64,000 nucleotides of DNA from Chiloscyllium plagiosum (GCF_004010195.1 NC_057718.1:35416161-35480160), one strand, 5' to 3'; shown: positions 1 to 14,256, counted from the first letter of the stretch. Numbers and translations are program-made. Notes: generated from the sequence alone by a model not told the origin.

Positions 1-1759
1 AGAAAAACAAAACTCTGAATGTGGTACTGACAATACCAAAGGCCATGGTTAACTGATTGTTGTATAATGTGCATATTCCTAAATGCATTTAAACATTTTG
101 GACTATATTGGCAAAACAGATGTGATTTATAGTATTGAAAAACATGGAGTGGTGATGCAAGGAAGCATAGAATGGACAGCATTCAGCTCGGGAACACTGT
201 ACTCAAAATTGCAGAGATGCCAGATTAAAGTAAGAAATGTTATGTTTTGCTTTAACAAGTTGCTAATCTAATAGTTGCACAGCTAAATTTTGCTGGATAG
301 TTGCTTCCAAAGTCAGTACAGCAATATTCTGTGTCTGATTGCTTATGCACAGATGGGTTAACTGCTATAAGACTGCAACACATGCACAAACCGCAGCTGT
401 GCCTCCACTTGTTATCTGCTTCATCACTTTGTGTAAATATAGTTTTCACGCATACTGAAGGACATTCTGTACCAAGAAACCCATGTCCAATCATACTCTC
501 ACTTCTCTTCTTTAGTTTGCCAATTTTACTCTCCTGTTCTCCTGATATTTGTTGTGGGACAGATTCAGAGGCGGTTGGTTTGTTGTGTTTCATATAAGTA
601 ATGACTGAGGTTTGACTGTACGGGATTATTTCAGAAAGGATCTGTTGAGGGTGTGTGGAATGTGGACATCATGAAGCCTGTGTTGAAGAACCGGGCAATA
701 GTGCTCTCTCCAACCGATGCAGCACATCTCGTGAAGGTTTGATTTGGAATGCACCATAGAACATATTCCCCAACATGTAAACATACTATTCAGCTGCTCA
801 GGGTGTACATCAAGGTTTACCTTGTTCACCCGGTGTTAGTGTACTCAGACTCACACCAGGAGCTTTTGGAGACCAATCTGGAACAGAAAACCAAGCTGAA
901 AAGCCTCTTGTTGAGGCATTGGATGCTGTTTTTGTGCCCTGGCTGAGATCAGCTAATAGACCACAAAGTACTATTTGACCCTGCAACTGTTTTGATGTGT
1001 GATACTGAGCTTCACATTTGATAAAGAAGTCAAATAGTTTCAAAACCAGCCATCCCAGTCTCTTATTTCATTCAGGCAAGAATATTTGAAATAAATCTTG
1101 ACAGTGCACTGAATTCACTCTCTGTTCACACTTCGTCAGGACATTGCTTTGAATCCAACCCAGGCTCATGGGTTGAAAGGTCTTTTCTATCTTTATCTCT
1201 CTCTCCTTTTTGCTGTTCTTTTCTCAGAAGTAACATCTGTGGTAGGGATTTTTTGACACATTTCAACTGAAGATGAAATGAGTAAATATCATGGTAAAAA
1301 CAAGTAGAAGTCGAAATAGATTTCAGAAGGACACATCATGACTTTAATGGAAATTAACATCAGAAGACATATAAACCAAGTATATCAATATCATACAAAG
1401 TGAAACTTGCTCACACTAATTGAAAAACATTGGAAATTAAATGATTATTTTATAAATTTACAGTCCAATATGGAATTTTGTCAACTGATAGTGCATATTA
1501 ACAATTTAGACATGAACCTTACACTCTTTTCTTTACCCCACTACCTGAAGTAGATAGAAAATCTTCAGACGCTGTGTTCAAACGTTCAATTTACACTCCC
1601 AATGAGCAAAACTGCCTGCCAAGGTTTTAAGATTTACAAACTTGTCTAAATTTTCCAGAATTCCTTAGTGAGGTGTGTATAAAAAAATTGACATTTCAAA
1701 TTCCAAAATAAAGTTTACTGCTGGCTCCTTTCCTTCAGGCTTTCCTAGTCAGTCATGCT

Positions 1760-2127
1760 CAACAGTATTCAAATTGCTGACAGGGCTTGACATCGCAGAT
1801 GCAGGACAGATGTTTCCCAGGCTGGTGTGGTGTAGCACTGGAGAATGCAGTCTCAGAATAAGGGGTAGGTTATTTAAGACTGAAATGAGGAGGAACCTCT
1901 CAGAGAGATGGTAATCATTTGGGATTCCATACTCCAGAAGGTTTTGGAGACCAGTTACTGAATATACTCAAGTCAGGTATAGGAAGATTAAAGAGATCAA
2001 GGGATATGAGGATAGTGCAAAAAATGGTGTTGAGCAGAAGATCAGCCACGATATGGATGAATGGTGGAGCGGGCACAAGGGGCTGAATGGCTCATTATTT
2101 TTCCTGTTTCCTGTTTTCCGATGTTCC
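1760..2127 (+). mobile_element. CR1-type LINE, 3' terminal fragment (decayed)
   Basis: Encodes the RT C-terminal stretch (VFKLLTGLD..DAGQMFP..HSLRIRGRLFKTEMRRN) and the 3' UTR 'gatcagccacgat..gaatggtggagc..aggggctgaatggc' shared with other copies in this window. Confidence 0.8.
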
Positions 2128-3009
2128 ATTCAGGATTTACTACAGTTAAGCCCAGATCGTTTGCCAAGCAATGTTATGATTGGATCAGAGGTTCTGTAAC
2201 GTGCTTATTATAGAAAGACCAATTTGTAATATGTGTACTCAGCCCACTAAATCACACATGTTGAAACTAAAATGGAATTAAAACATACAAAATTTGATCC
2301 TTTTCAACAATATTTTTAGGTTGTGAAAGATTACTGCAAAATGTGGGCTGAAAATGCTCACTATCAAGAAATATTTTTATTAATTCCTTCACTTCCCCTC
2401 TGTGGTCTCCCACGCAAAACCTTAGCCAAGAAAATAACTTGCTTTTAGACCTCAATGCTGATGCCATTCCATTACCATTACAAAATTTATAACAGTATCC
2501 AACAGTTCCCTTGTTCTAACTTACCATCTCTCCTTGTCCGTGATCTCTGCCTTTTATTTTGTCTATTACATTGAATTGTAACTATTAAATTTAAACACAT
2601 GTCCCAAAGATCATTAAACAGGTATTATTTATTCCAGTGGCACCGTAATCATGAAGGGAAATCAAGTTTAAACTTGGAAGGCATGGCACAGTACTTGTAT
2701 GGAATTAAGCCTGTGGTTTGCACTTGGGTCTGTCTGATCCTTCTTTCTCCATTTTGTCACCAAGGGTCTGTTTGTCTGCTCCAGCTGCCCTGCTCAGTAT
2801 GGAGGTTCCAGAATTTGCATTTATACAGCATCTTTATTTCCGGATGTCCCAAAGCATCATCTAACCCTTTAAGTCATTTCCAATTTCACATGGTTGATGA
2901 CAGGAATTGGGGGCATGAAGGAGCTATCATTCTGTGTTATCCAGCAATGAAGTTCTAACATTAGGCCATCTATCCATGATGTTAAATATCAGCTTGTTTC
3001 ATGTGTTTG

Positions 3010-3350
3010 TGTCCTCCATTCTCAGTCAAACGGTTCTCAGCTCAGGTCCTAATCCAAAATCTGAACCCCATGTCTAAGCTGTTGCTTCAGGCTGGCCATT
3101 AATATTGTGCAAGGCACTGTCTGAAGTTGTTAAGTTGAAGCTCCATTTTGACTTTTTATTTGGGGAGGGGCAGACGTTTTCTCATTCAGCACCACAAGGA
3201 AATGTTTAGCTGGACAATTGTCTCTCAATTTGCTCTTTATGGGACTCAGCTGCGTGTAAATTGTCACTTTTATTTGTCAATATAGCAATAGTGGCTGCAC
3301 TTCCCATACTCGCTTTGTTGGATGCGAAGTAGTACGAATTGGATCTTGTA
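3010..3350 (+). mobile_element. Highly decayed Deu-domain SINE (SacSINE1-like)
   Basis: 'ttgctctttatgggactcagctgcgtgtaaattg...atagcaatagtggctgcacttc' resembles the Deu-domain and tail consensus as recalled; judged by eye. Confidence 0.5.
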
Positions 3351-3749
3351 TGCATATTTTACAAATATGGCTGAATAAGGCTCAATCTCAGAAACCAATG
3401 GCCCTGACAGTCACTTAAAATAGGCCCCTTTCATATGTAAATCACAAACCAGGTCTATTTCTTGAGATTCAATGACCATTGAAAACATTGTTTTCTTTCA
3501 TTAGTAATTTGAGGTCTTGGGCAGAGCAGGAGTGCTCCAACAGTTCCAGGAAACTTACCAAAATCATGTTAATGAAGCCCAAGAGCCAATTTTAGAATGG
3601 TATCATTCTTCTGGTTCAGATGTGCTGCTTAAGACTGCTCCAGAGAATTTATAGCCCAAAATGTGAGTCTTGCTAGATTCGGTGCTAAATTGCCAGATTG
3701 CTATTTCCTTCTTGGTGATCTATAGTTACTTCAGTGTAATTAAATTTCC

Positions 3750-3984
3750 AAAATAAAAACTGAAAGAACTACAGATGTTGTAAATCAGAAGCAAAAACAG
3801 AAATTACTAGAAAAGCTCAGCAGGTAGCAGCATCTGTGGAGAGAAATCAGAGTTAAGATTTCGGGTCTGGTGACCCTTCCTTAGAACTCCTGAGAAAAGG
3901 ACACCAGACCTGAAATGTTAATTTTGATTTCTCTCCCACAGATGCTGTCAAACCTGCTGAGCTTTTCTAGTAATTTCTGTTTTT
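3750..3984. mobile_element. Fold-back (inverted pLTR) Penelope-derived insert with decayed hammerhead core
   Basis: Arms ~3792-3880 and ~3890-3985 are reverse complements; 'ctgagaaaaggacaccagacctgaaatgtt' is a decayed hammerhead-like core; degenerate flanking repeat gtaattaaatttcc (3736-3749) / gtaactaagttacc (3985-3998). Confidence 0.75.
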
Positions 3985-5111
3985 GTAACTAAGTTACCTG
4001 GTTGAAAGATTCAGATTCAGAGCTTTCTTCTGAGTCTGTGACCGTATTCCATTGAATAAACAGTTGCATTGAAAACCTGCTCAAATAAACCATTCTTTTA
4101 AAGTCATGTGTTATTAAAAGGGTAGTTGAAACTAGCTTTTATTTTGTCAAATTAAGACATTCAATTCTCAACTCAAAGGGCACAACATTCTCCTTCCTGG
4201 CAAGGACGGGCAAATAATTTGAGTGGTTTGGCTGCAGAGAGATGCCCACTCCCTTCCTGCCACCTCAGGAACAAAGGTCTGGCTGGAATGTTCGATGATC
4301 AGCCTTCCCAACCCACCAAGAATAAAGGACCCTAAGTAGTAAATTAATGGCCACATAAGTGCCTAAGCTGCCCATGTGCCAGGGTGAGGGTATCTCCATT
4401 TGCCACAGTTTGAAAATATTTGGGGCATGTAAAGGGCAGAGGGGTTGCTTTCCTCTGCACTGAACCTCCTGACTTGCCTCTCCCAAGATCCCTCAGCCTG
4501 CAGAATCCACTTAAAAAAAAACCCTCACCTGCTCACCAGTGTAGCTCCTCACAGCTACATAACCTGAGCCTTCACTGAAGGTCTTCACCTCCACAAGACT
4601 GCCAGCTTCTCCTGGGCAGGCAGCTTCAGGGAAGACAGGACTACACTGGCAAGGCTACTGCATGAATGAGAAGACTGTCAGACAGAACTTGAGTACCGAA
4701 TCAGTACTTGATCCAGTCAGCTTTCTCACTGTTGGGGACTGGAAGTTAATTGTCCTAAAGTAACCTGCTTAGCACACAGTGAACCACACCAATAAACCTT
4801 CAAAACTGTGAACGTGAAAGAAAATTGTAGAACACTAAGGATGTTCATTTCTTTAGTCTGTCGATGTGGTTTCAAGTTCCAAGCAGAGTGCTGCATTGCA
4901 ACTGAGGTGAGCCTCAATGCCATTTTGTGAAGCTAAGTCAGATGTTTCACATTGTATGGAATCTCGGTCAAGGCCAACCTAACACTTTAAAACCTGCCTC
5001 CTCTGGGCCTCATGGAAACCATTTAATGTTAGCCATTTCCTTCCAAATAAGAGTAAAGAGCCAGCCACTCATGGCTCTCATCTTAACCAGGTCAATATCT
5101 CCATAAACAGG

Positions 5112-5462
5112 GAGACATAGTGGTTCAGTGGTTAGCACTGCTACCTCACAGTGCCAGGAACCCGGGTTCAATTCCAGCCTTGGGCCATGGCCTGTATGGA
5201 GTTTGCATATTCTCCCAGTGTCTGCGTGGGTTTCCTCTGGGTGTTCTGGTTTCCTCCCACAGTCCAAAAATATGTAGGTCAGGTGGATTCGCCATGCTAA
5301 CTTATCCATAGTGTTCAGGGATGTGCAGGTTAGGTGCATTAGTCAGGGGTAAATATAGAATAATAGAGTAGGGGAATGGGGACTGGGTGGGTTAGTCTTC
5401 GGAGGGTTGGTGTAGACTTGTTGGGCCGAAGGGCCTGTTTTCACTCTGTAGGGATTCTATGT
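5112..5462 (+). mobile_element. HE1-type tRNA-derived V-SINE
   Basis: A-box-like tggttcagtggttagc, B-box-like ggttcaattcc, V-domain 'ggagtttgcatattctccc..tctgcgtgggtttcctc', LINE-like tail ending gattctatg. Confidence 0.9.
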
Positions 5463-6101
5463 AAACAGCAAAGAGAGCATGTTCAACCACCCACTGTGTA
5501 AATCCTTGTGTGTTACTATCTCCCAGCCTCAACTTGGAGTCAAAGAACTAACATTATTAAATTGAAAAACCACATAAGCAGAATAACATAATCATTAATT
5601 ATTATACTTTTAAGAAATCGATGATCTGCAAAATGCATTGTCCAGATTTATGATAGTTATTTATGCACCAGTGCAAGGCACCCATACCACATAACCTCAG
5701 CCAAATCTTTTCATCTTCAAGGCATTGCTTACTGAGTTGCTACTAAGTTCATGCATCCTTAGCAAGAAACAATTCTAAGAATACAGTGACATTTTAGTAC
5801 ATGCCTAAGTTTTGAAGCAAAGTCAGGTGAAATTAGCATAATAGAAAGGTACTTGTGAATAATCATTCCTCAATCTGCCAAAAGAAAGCCAAGGTAGCTG
5901 AATTTGTTTGAAAGCATATTCTCATAATAGCCATTTAAAGAGAAGCATTAGTGGTGGTCTTGGAGCCAGTCTATAACAGTTGGCAGGCATGGTCCATAGA
6001 ACAGAGGAAGCAGAAAAGAAAGCACAAAGAGAAAAGCAAACAAAAAAAAACAGACTTTGTGCAGTAAGGTCAACATCAATTTTAGTCTGGAACATTTTAA
6101 A

Positions 6102-6133
<32 letters not shown>

Positions 6134-6190
6134 AAACACACACACACACACACAGACACACACACCCAGAGACACCCACACACACACACA
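6102..6190 (+). repeat. Interrupted (CA)n microsatellite
   Basis: Direct reading. Confidence 0.95.
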
Positions 6191-7681
6191 AACTATTCTG
6201 TGAATGTAGCAATAGCAGTTTGCAGACACCATTTCAGGTCAATACGATAGATCAAAGTTTCTTTCCTCCCCCACATGCATCCCCCCCAACCACCACCCTA
6301 ATTTGACCCACCATGAACAAACCCTAGTTCTGTGCAATGATATATTTATACAAAGCTCAAATATCCTGTCAAGGAGAATTGCTTCTTTTAGCATGTCTTA
6401 ACTCCACTTAATTCTGTAACCAAACAAAATTAGGAAAATGGGCTGACGAAGCATACACTTTCTTTACTTTATCTGGCTGAGTGGTATTTTGAAAGTTCCT
6501 GTTATGTGAGGCAGAATAAAAACACTGGTAAAGTAGTGTGGTACAGAAACTCAGCAAGAAAACCCATTGCGTACACAAAATACAACACAAAGACTGTGAA
6601 ACTAATCAAGAGCTATATGTCAGACTGGACCAAAACAAACGTATGGTTTACTTCAAAAGGTTCTGTGGTTTCTATATCGTTAAATGAAATCAGAAGTAGA
6701 TATCTGAACCAATGGTTTTAGCATTCAGGATAAGAGGGGACTTAAATTCAATGTTACAAGTTGTCAATAAACCCAGACAAGGCAAAACTCAGAAGAATAT
6801 TAAATTAGCAAATGTGAAAATTAAAAAAGAAGTTAATTCTCACATTAATGATGCAAAATAGGTATTATTACCAAATTCATGTCATAACAGCTTCAATGAT
6901 TTGTTGGTGGCATGTCCACAGAATGAGTTGCGTATCCCATATCAGACTTCACTGAGCATTACAGTCAGTTCTTAGAAAATAATATGGATAGAGTCACCCG
7001 TTCGCACTTAGTATATCAATCTTTCCATAGGAAAATAAAATCCAGAAACCTTTCTGTGGAATCTACAAGTGAAAAGCAGACGTTGGCAGTTATCTAAAGC
7101 TTCCTGTGCTGCTTTGAGCGCAAATAAATTTTATAATGCGCTGCCAAGCTGTTTCAGCAGAGATATTTCATTTGGACTCATAATTTGCAATTTTAAAGTC
7201 TTGATTAAAGCAGGTACAAGCATAATTTAAAAGATATTTAACACATCATATTGTGGCATCAGTTCAGCTAACAGTCCTGACCTCAGCAGTTGCCTTACAA
7301 TGTGAAAAATGTGATTGTCAGAAAAGGATGCAGATCTACTCCAAGTTGTAGCTTTATTAAGTTATTTCAGACTGGTGCCATCATAACAGTCATACTAACA
7401 GCACTTCAAACAACTCGTTATTATTTTTGGCTCAATCTTCCTCTGCAGACCAGTGGTACAATTTTGCGTCATTGATCATCCGTTGAAATGCACCCAGCAA
7501 CCAAAACTGAAAGCTGCAACAATGACTTTTGAAAAAGTTGCACAGCTTAAAGACATACATTTCTTTCTTTAATCCTGTTGATGCATCAGTAAGTAATAGG
7601 TCTGTGGTACCAAATGGTTGAAGCCAACTGTCATGCTTTACCGGGGCAAAAATAGTTTTGTTAAGTGATGTTTGTTTTTTT

Positions 7682-7969
7682 TAGATTCCCTACAGTGTGG
7701 AAACAGGCCCTTCAGCCCAACAAGTCCTTACCGACCTTCCAAAGCGTAACCCACCCAGACCCATTTCCCTCTAACTAATGCACATAACACTATGGGAAAT
7801 TTAGAATGGACAATTCACCTGACCAGCACATCGTTGGACTGTGGGAGGAAACTAGAACACCTGGAAGAACTCCATGCAGACACGGGGAGAATGTGCAAAC
7901 CTCACACAGACAGCCGCCCAAGGCTGGAATTGAACCTGGGTCCCTGGTGTTGTGAGCCACCGTGTGCCC
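7682..7969 (-). mobile_element. HE1-type V-SINE
   Basis: Reverse complement of the same family; small deletion in the tRNA-like head. Confidence 0.9.
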
Positions 7970-10420
7970 CTGTTCCAGTATCAGCGAGTAAATGTTCACC
8001 ATAAAATCCAGCCTTAAAACCAGCGTTGAATCTCAGCAACACAACACAGAAAGTCAACAACTTTAATTTGAGAAACAAATTATATAAATTATATATGCCT
8101 TTAATATAGAATGTTAGGGTGAAATTTAATATCCTCCTTGAGATGTGTTTGGTGATGGTTATGAGTCATTAGTTAGAACCCTGATGCCTCCTGTCTCTAT
8201 ATGGGGCTTAGAAGCTTGTGGTGGCCTCTCATGTTATGTCTCATGGTGAGAATGTCAGCACACATTTCAGAGATATGTCATTGATACTATCGCTGTATAA
8301 TAACACATAACCTAATAAATTAAGTATTTCATTATCCATCTGACCCCGGGAATTCTGAAAGCCTGACACTCTTTTGGATGTATTCTCGTCTGATATAACC
8401 TATGAAAATAATTTATGTCCGAAACACTTAAATGTTTGAGAATAGCTAGACATAATAAATATCTCCTGAATTCTTCAACATCATGATAGCCACAGCAAGT
8501 TTCTTATTAAAGGAGATAACTAAGCATTGCCACATCAGGTAAAAAAGACTCTGTTGGAAACAAGAATCACATTATGGTTAGCAGCAGTGGTCATCTAGAA
8601 AAGCTTCCAAGATTTTGGTGGTAGATATTTGGAAAACAAATTGAAGAGCAATCAGACATCAGCTTTGGACAGCAGAACATTAAAAGAGAGGGAAAATTTC
8701 TCACCCTTCAGTAATATCAGTTTCTGTGAGTACAGATCTCTGTATAGATAAAGATAGAATACTGATTATCAGGAAGCTAGAGCTAATTTCTTTTTGATTA
8801 GTATATTAAGTTATTTTAAGATACAAAGATATTACTAAGAATGCCTTACATTAAAATAAAATAGTTGAAGTTTACACATACAGCCAAAAGTAAAGGCAAC
8901 TGTCTGATACTGAAACACAGTAAATAGTCTAACTCCCTCTTTAAAAAAATACTGCTAAACTGATTTAAAAAAAAGGAGTTAAACAATCCTGAAAGTAAAA
9001 CTCTAAAGCACTCTGGAAGAACATACATTTCAAGACACTAAATAAGCTTTTGTAAATTAAAGAGGTTTTCCTGTGTCCAGACATCAGTCATTTCCTCATT
9101 TTCTTTCTCCAAATTGGTGTGGAAATGATAAAAAGCCTACTATATCATTCCTAATTGACACAAAACTACCTACAAGCAGAAATCTGTATCTGCTAGTCTG
9201 GTTTGAAAGCAGTCAACAAAGTATACAAAATCAATAAAGTCTGTAACAATACAGTTTGTTACACTGACCAATGGACTGTCCAGCTTTTCTTCATATCTGT
9301 AAAATATGTGGCACCAATGGACATTGAGGACATACTTGCAGGAAATTTGGGTTCCAAAGTCAAGCTAAACCATAGAACAAATCTCAGGTGGCCAACAACA
9401 CCACAACACCAGCAGTAACGAAAGTGTTAAAAAAGTACACAAATGCAATCACATGAATGCAGTTCAGAGTCAATTAAATGAAAGACCAAATTTCAGAAGA
9501 TGACTAATTGTTCCATATTATAAACTTCACCCACCACACCAATGGCGTAAAATTTTCAAAAGCTTTTACAATCATCAATGCCATATGTCCTAAAAAAGCA
9601 GGCCAACACACCTTCAAAGCTAAAATTAGCCTGGGAGCTAGTGCCAAAATACTGTCACTATGCATCCTGAAAGACATGCACCTTAACAAATGATGCTCCA
9701 TGATACCACCTCACAGCATCTAACTGATTACCAATCCATGCTTTGGCATAAAATCACACTGCAGTGCCAATACAAAAGCTTACCTTTGCTTCCAGAAATC
9801 ATCTACCTGACAGATACTAATGCTCCAGTTATGGCAGGATTACCAGTACTCACAGGTTTCAATGTAGTCACAACCTATAAGATTCAAATCTCATGTGCTG
9901 TGATGGAACAGATCACATGTCCCACCATCCAATCAGTCAGTAATTTCCAAAGGTAACTTTTTCAGAATGATACCTGGATGATTACATTGAGCAGATTACA
10001 TAATCCACACAAAGACCACCTTATTCCTCTCAGCCTACAGAGGCAACATGTAGATCATGAAGTTGATAGGGTCTTCAAGGGAGATCTGTTATGATTTGGT
10101 CACAGCCACATGAAAGTTGTCATCAGCATCTGCCAAAGATGAGCAACTACAAAGATTGCAAAGGCACATTATCCTGGGATAGCCTGACAAATTAAGAGAA
10201 TTATCTGAGGAGATTTGTTCATTTTGGCCAACCAAAGACAAAGTTGGTATTTCACAAAGCACCATTTCCATGAGTTAAAAAATGCTAATAACTTGCATTA
10301 CTTTAAGATATCATGTTGGTTTCACACACTAGTGATATGTGCATCCTTGAAAGGGGGTATAGGACAATAAACAGCTTTGATAATCATGAAGTATACACTA
10401 ACAGCCAGTCGATGTGAATA

Positions 10421-10623
10421 GTCTAAAGATGAGCAGGTGAGGTGAATTGGCCATGCTAAATTACCCATGGTGTGTAGGTTAGGTGCATTAGTCAGGGGAA
10501 ATGTAGAATAATAGGGTAGAGTAGGGGAATGAGTTTGGGTGGGTTGCTCTTCAGAGGATCAGTGTGGACCTGTTGGGCCGAATGGCCTCTTTCCGCATTG
10601 TAGGGATTCTATGATATTCTATG
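10421..10623 (+). mobile_element. HE1-type V-SINE, 5'-truncated
   Basis: 3' half only ('tgaattggccatgctaaatt...ttgggccgaatggcc...gattctatg'). Confidence 0.85.
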
Positions 10624-11124
10624 TAACCATTTGATTTCATAATATAAATATGTAACAATTTGACTGGATTTTTTAACCTGCTGGGTTGAATATGATTCGA
10701 TAACATAGTCATGCATACTAATTTGGATAGTAAAGTAGAATGAACACTGTTGGATAGAGATATGAGCATATAAATGTGTAACCTCTTTTTATTGGAAACT
10801 TGTTATCTGTAAAAATTAGAATAAAACCACTGTTTGCTGCAAATTGTGCAGTTATACATGTCTTTGAAGGGTACATTTTCCATGTACATATGTATAAATG
10901 CTTAAACATGGAAACCAGTCTCATTTGATCTTTAAACGATTAATGGGTTAAAGCTTTCCCTTTCAGTGGCACAGTTGGCAGGGTACTCCCCGACCTGGGA
11001 CTGCCATAGTGTTTAGGGTTTAGATGGAGAGGAATTTGTTAAGTCTGTACAGGAAAATTTTCTGATTCAGTATGTGGATATACCTACGAGAGAAAGTGCA
11101 AAACGTGACCTACTCTTGGGAAAT

Positions 11125-11439
11125 TAGATTAGATTACATTACAGTGTGGAAACAGGCCCTTCGGCCCAACAAGTCCACACCGACCCGCCGAAGCGAAACC
11201 CACCCATACCCCTACATTTACCCCTTACCTAACACTACAGGCAATTTAGCATGGCCAATTCACCTGACGCTGCACATCTTTTGGACTGTGGGAGGAAACC
11301 GGAGCACCCGGAGGAAACCCACGCAGACACGGGGAGAACGTGCAAACTCCACACAGTCAGTCGCCTGAGGCGGAAATTGAACCCGGGTCTCAGGCACTGT
11401 GAGGCAGCAGTGCTAACCACTCTGCCACTGTGCCGCCCA
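11125..11439 (-). mobile_element. HE1-type V-SINE nested in CR1 LINE
   Basis: Splits 'ctcttgggaaat|aag.cagggcaggtgactgagg', which is contiguous in the paralogous LINE near 52100; (tctaa)n tail. Confidence 0.92.
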
Positions 11440-13517
11440 CTAAGTCAGGGCAGGTGACTGAGGTGTCAGTGGGGAAGCACTTTGGGGTCAGTGACCATAA
11501 TTCTAATAGTTTTAAAATAGTGATGGAAAAGGATAGGTCAGAACTAAAAGTTGAAGTTCTAAATTAAAAAAAGGCAAATTTTGACACAACTTTCAAAAGC
11601 TGATTGGGGGCAAATGTTTACAGGTAAAGGGACGACTGGAAAATGAGAAGCTTTCAGAAGTGAGATAACGAGAATCCAGAGAAAGTATATTCCTGTCAGG
11701 GTGAAAGGGAAGGATGGTAGGTTTAGGAAATGCTGGATGACTAAAGAAATTGAGGGTTTAGTTAAGAAAAAGAAGGAAGCATATGTAAGGTATAGACAGG
11801 ATAGATCGAGTGAATCCTTGGAAGAGTATAAAGGCAGTAGGAATATACTTAAGAGGGAAATCAGGAGGGCTAAAAGGGGACAGGAGATAGCTTTGGCAAA
11901 TAGAACTAAGGAGAATCCAAAGGGGTTTTATAAATTCATTAAGGCCAAAAGGATAACTAGGGAGAGAATAGAGTCCCTCAAAAATCAGCAAGGCAGCCTT
12001 TGTGTGGAGCAGCAGAAAATGGGAGAGATACTAAACAAGTATTTTGCATAAGTATTTACTGTGGAAAAGGACATAGAAGGTATAGAATGTAGGGAAATAG
12101 ATGGTGACATCTTGAAAAATGGCCATATTACAGGGAGGAAGTGCTGGATGTTTTGAAACGTATAAAGGTGGATAAATCTCCAGGATCTGATCAGATGTAC
12201 CCTAGGACTTTGTGGGAGGCTAGGGAAGTGATTGCCGGGCCTCTTACTGAAATAATTGCAACATCAATAGTCACAGGTGAGGTGCCGGAAGACTGGAGGT
12301 TGGCTAACATGGTGCCAGTGTTTAAGAAGGGTGGTAAGGATAAGCCAGGGAATTATAGACCAACGAGCCTGATGTCAGTCGTGAGCAAGTTATTAGAGGA
12401 AATCCTGAAGGACAGGATGTACATGTATTTGGAAAGGCAAGGACTGATTAGAGATAGTCAACATGGCTTTGTGCATGGGAAATCATGTCTCACAAACTTG
12501 ATTGAGTTTTTTGAGGAAGTAACAAAGAGGATTGATGAGGGCAGAGCGGTAGATGTGATCTATATGGACTCCAGTAAAGCATTCGAAAAGGTTCCCCATG
12601 GGAGACTGATTTGCAAGGTTAGATCTCATGGAATACAGGGAGAACTTGCCATTTGGATACACAAAGGTAGAAGGAGGTGGAGGATTGTTTTTCAGACTGG
12701 AGGCCTGTGACCAGTGGAGTTCTACAAGGCTCGGTGCTGGGTCCACTACTTTTCATCATTTATATAAATGATTTGGATGTGAGCATAAGAGGTACAGTTA
12801 GTAAGTTTGCAGATGACACCAAAATTGGAGGTGTAGTGGACAGCGAAGAAGGTTACCTCAGATAACAACAGGATATTGATCAGATGGGCCAATGGGCTGA
12901 GAAGTGGCAAATGGAGTTTAATTCAGATAAATGCGAGGTGCTGCATTTTGGGAAAGCAAATCTTAGCAGGACGTGTACACTTAATGGTAAGGTTCTAGGG
13001 AGTGTTGCTGAACAAAGAGATCTCGGAGTGCAGGTTCATAGCTCCTTGAAAGTGGAGTCGCAGGTAAATAGGATAGTAAAGAAGGCATTTGGTATGCTTT
13101 CCTTTATTGATCAGAGTATTGAGTACAGGAGTCGGGAGGTCAAGTTGCGGTTGTACAGGACATTGGTTAGGCCACTGTTGGAATATTGTGTGCAATTCTG
13201 GTCTCCTTCCTATCAGAAAGATGTTGTGAAACTTGAAAGGGTTCAGAAAAGATTTACAAGGATGTTGCCAGGGTTGGAGGATTTGAGCTATAGGGAGAGG
13301 CTGAACAGCCTGGGACTGTTTTCTTTAGAGCGTCGGAGGCTGAGCGGTGACCTTATAGAGGTTTACAAAATTATGAGGGGCTTGGATAGGATAAATAGGT
13401 AAAGTCTTTTCCCTGGGGTGGGAGAGTCCAGAACTAGAGGGCATAGGTTTAGGGTGAGAGGGGAAAGTTATAAAAGAGACCTAAGAGGCAACTTTTTCAC
13501 ACAGAGGGTGGCACGTA

Positions 13518-13738
13518 TAGAACATAGAACATAGAAGAATACAGCGCAGTACAGGCCCTTTGGCCCTCGATGTTGCGCCGATCCAAGCCCACCTAACCTA
13601 TACTAACCCACTATCCTCCATATACCTATCCAATGCCCGCTTAAATGCCCATAAAGAGGGAGAGTCCACCACTGCTGCTGGCAGGGCATTCCATGAATGT
13701 ACGACTCGCTGAGTGAAGAACCTACCCCTAACTTCAGT
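13518..13738 (-). mobile_element. CR1-type LINE 3' end (second subfamily) inserted antisense in the HER1-type copy
   Basis: Highly similar to 42154-42370; (ttctatg)n tail; host LINE resumes at 'gaatgagctgcc'. Confidence 0.88.
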
Positions 13739-14227
13739 ATATAGAATGAGCTGCCAGACAAAGTGGTGGAAGCTAATACAACTATGTTTATTAAAAGGCA
13801 TTTGGATGGGTATATGAATAGAAAGGGTTTGGAGGGATATGGGTCGCATTTTGGCAAGTGGGTCTACGTTGTGTTGGGATATCTGGTCAGCATGGATGGG
13901 TTGGACCAAAGGGTTTGTTTCCGTGCTGTATATCTCTATGACTCTATGACCTCAATGAAAGCAAGCAATGATCTGATGACTGTTCTTCTCCTTATACTCA
14001 AAGGTTGCAGTGCCAGAATGGAGGTCTAATAGCAGAGACCCAAACTTTAGACATGAGATTTGGATTGATTTCAGAAGCGAGTGGAGCTGGATAGATGTAG
14101 ACCCAATCAGGTGGGTCCAGGGCACAAAGGCATGAGGTAACTGCCGGATTGAGCAGGCCTGGATCAGTTTGGATAGATTTGGATCGCAATTGCAGTGTAT
14201 TTGAAGTAACCAGGGAAGCCCAAATGG

Positions 14228-14256
14228 AGTGTGTGTGTGTCTGTGTGTGTGTGTGT
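14228..14256 (+). repeat. (GT)n microsatellite
   Basis: Direct reading. Confidence 0.9.

Larger units (their letters stand above)
10995..13951 (+). mobile_element. HER1/CR1-type LINE, 5'-truncated, disrupted ORF2 (endonuclease C-terminus to RT to 3' UTR)
   Basis: ORF pieces 11701-13402 with [35 protein letters not shown]; stops and frameshifts; (ctatga)n tail; interrupted by two nested inserts. Confidence 0.95.

Noticed and set aside
5010..5339. Recurrent short ORFs such as DCGRKPEHPEETHADTGR and VWSLHILPVSAWVSS
   Set aside because: Translations of HE1 SINE copies, not a gene family
5922..6306. ORFs with CV/TH repeats
   Set aside because: Translations of the (CA)n microsatellite
9200..10080. 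Possible decayed retroviral env or LINE relic (APMDIEDIL, GLPVLT)
   Set aside because: No furin site, fusion peptide or catalytic motif could be identified; too weak without a search
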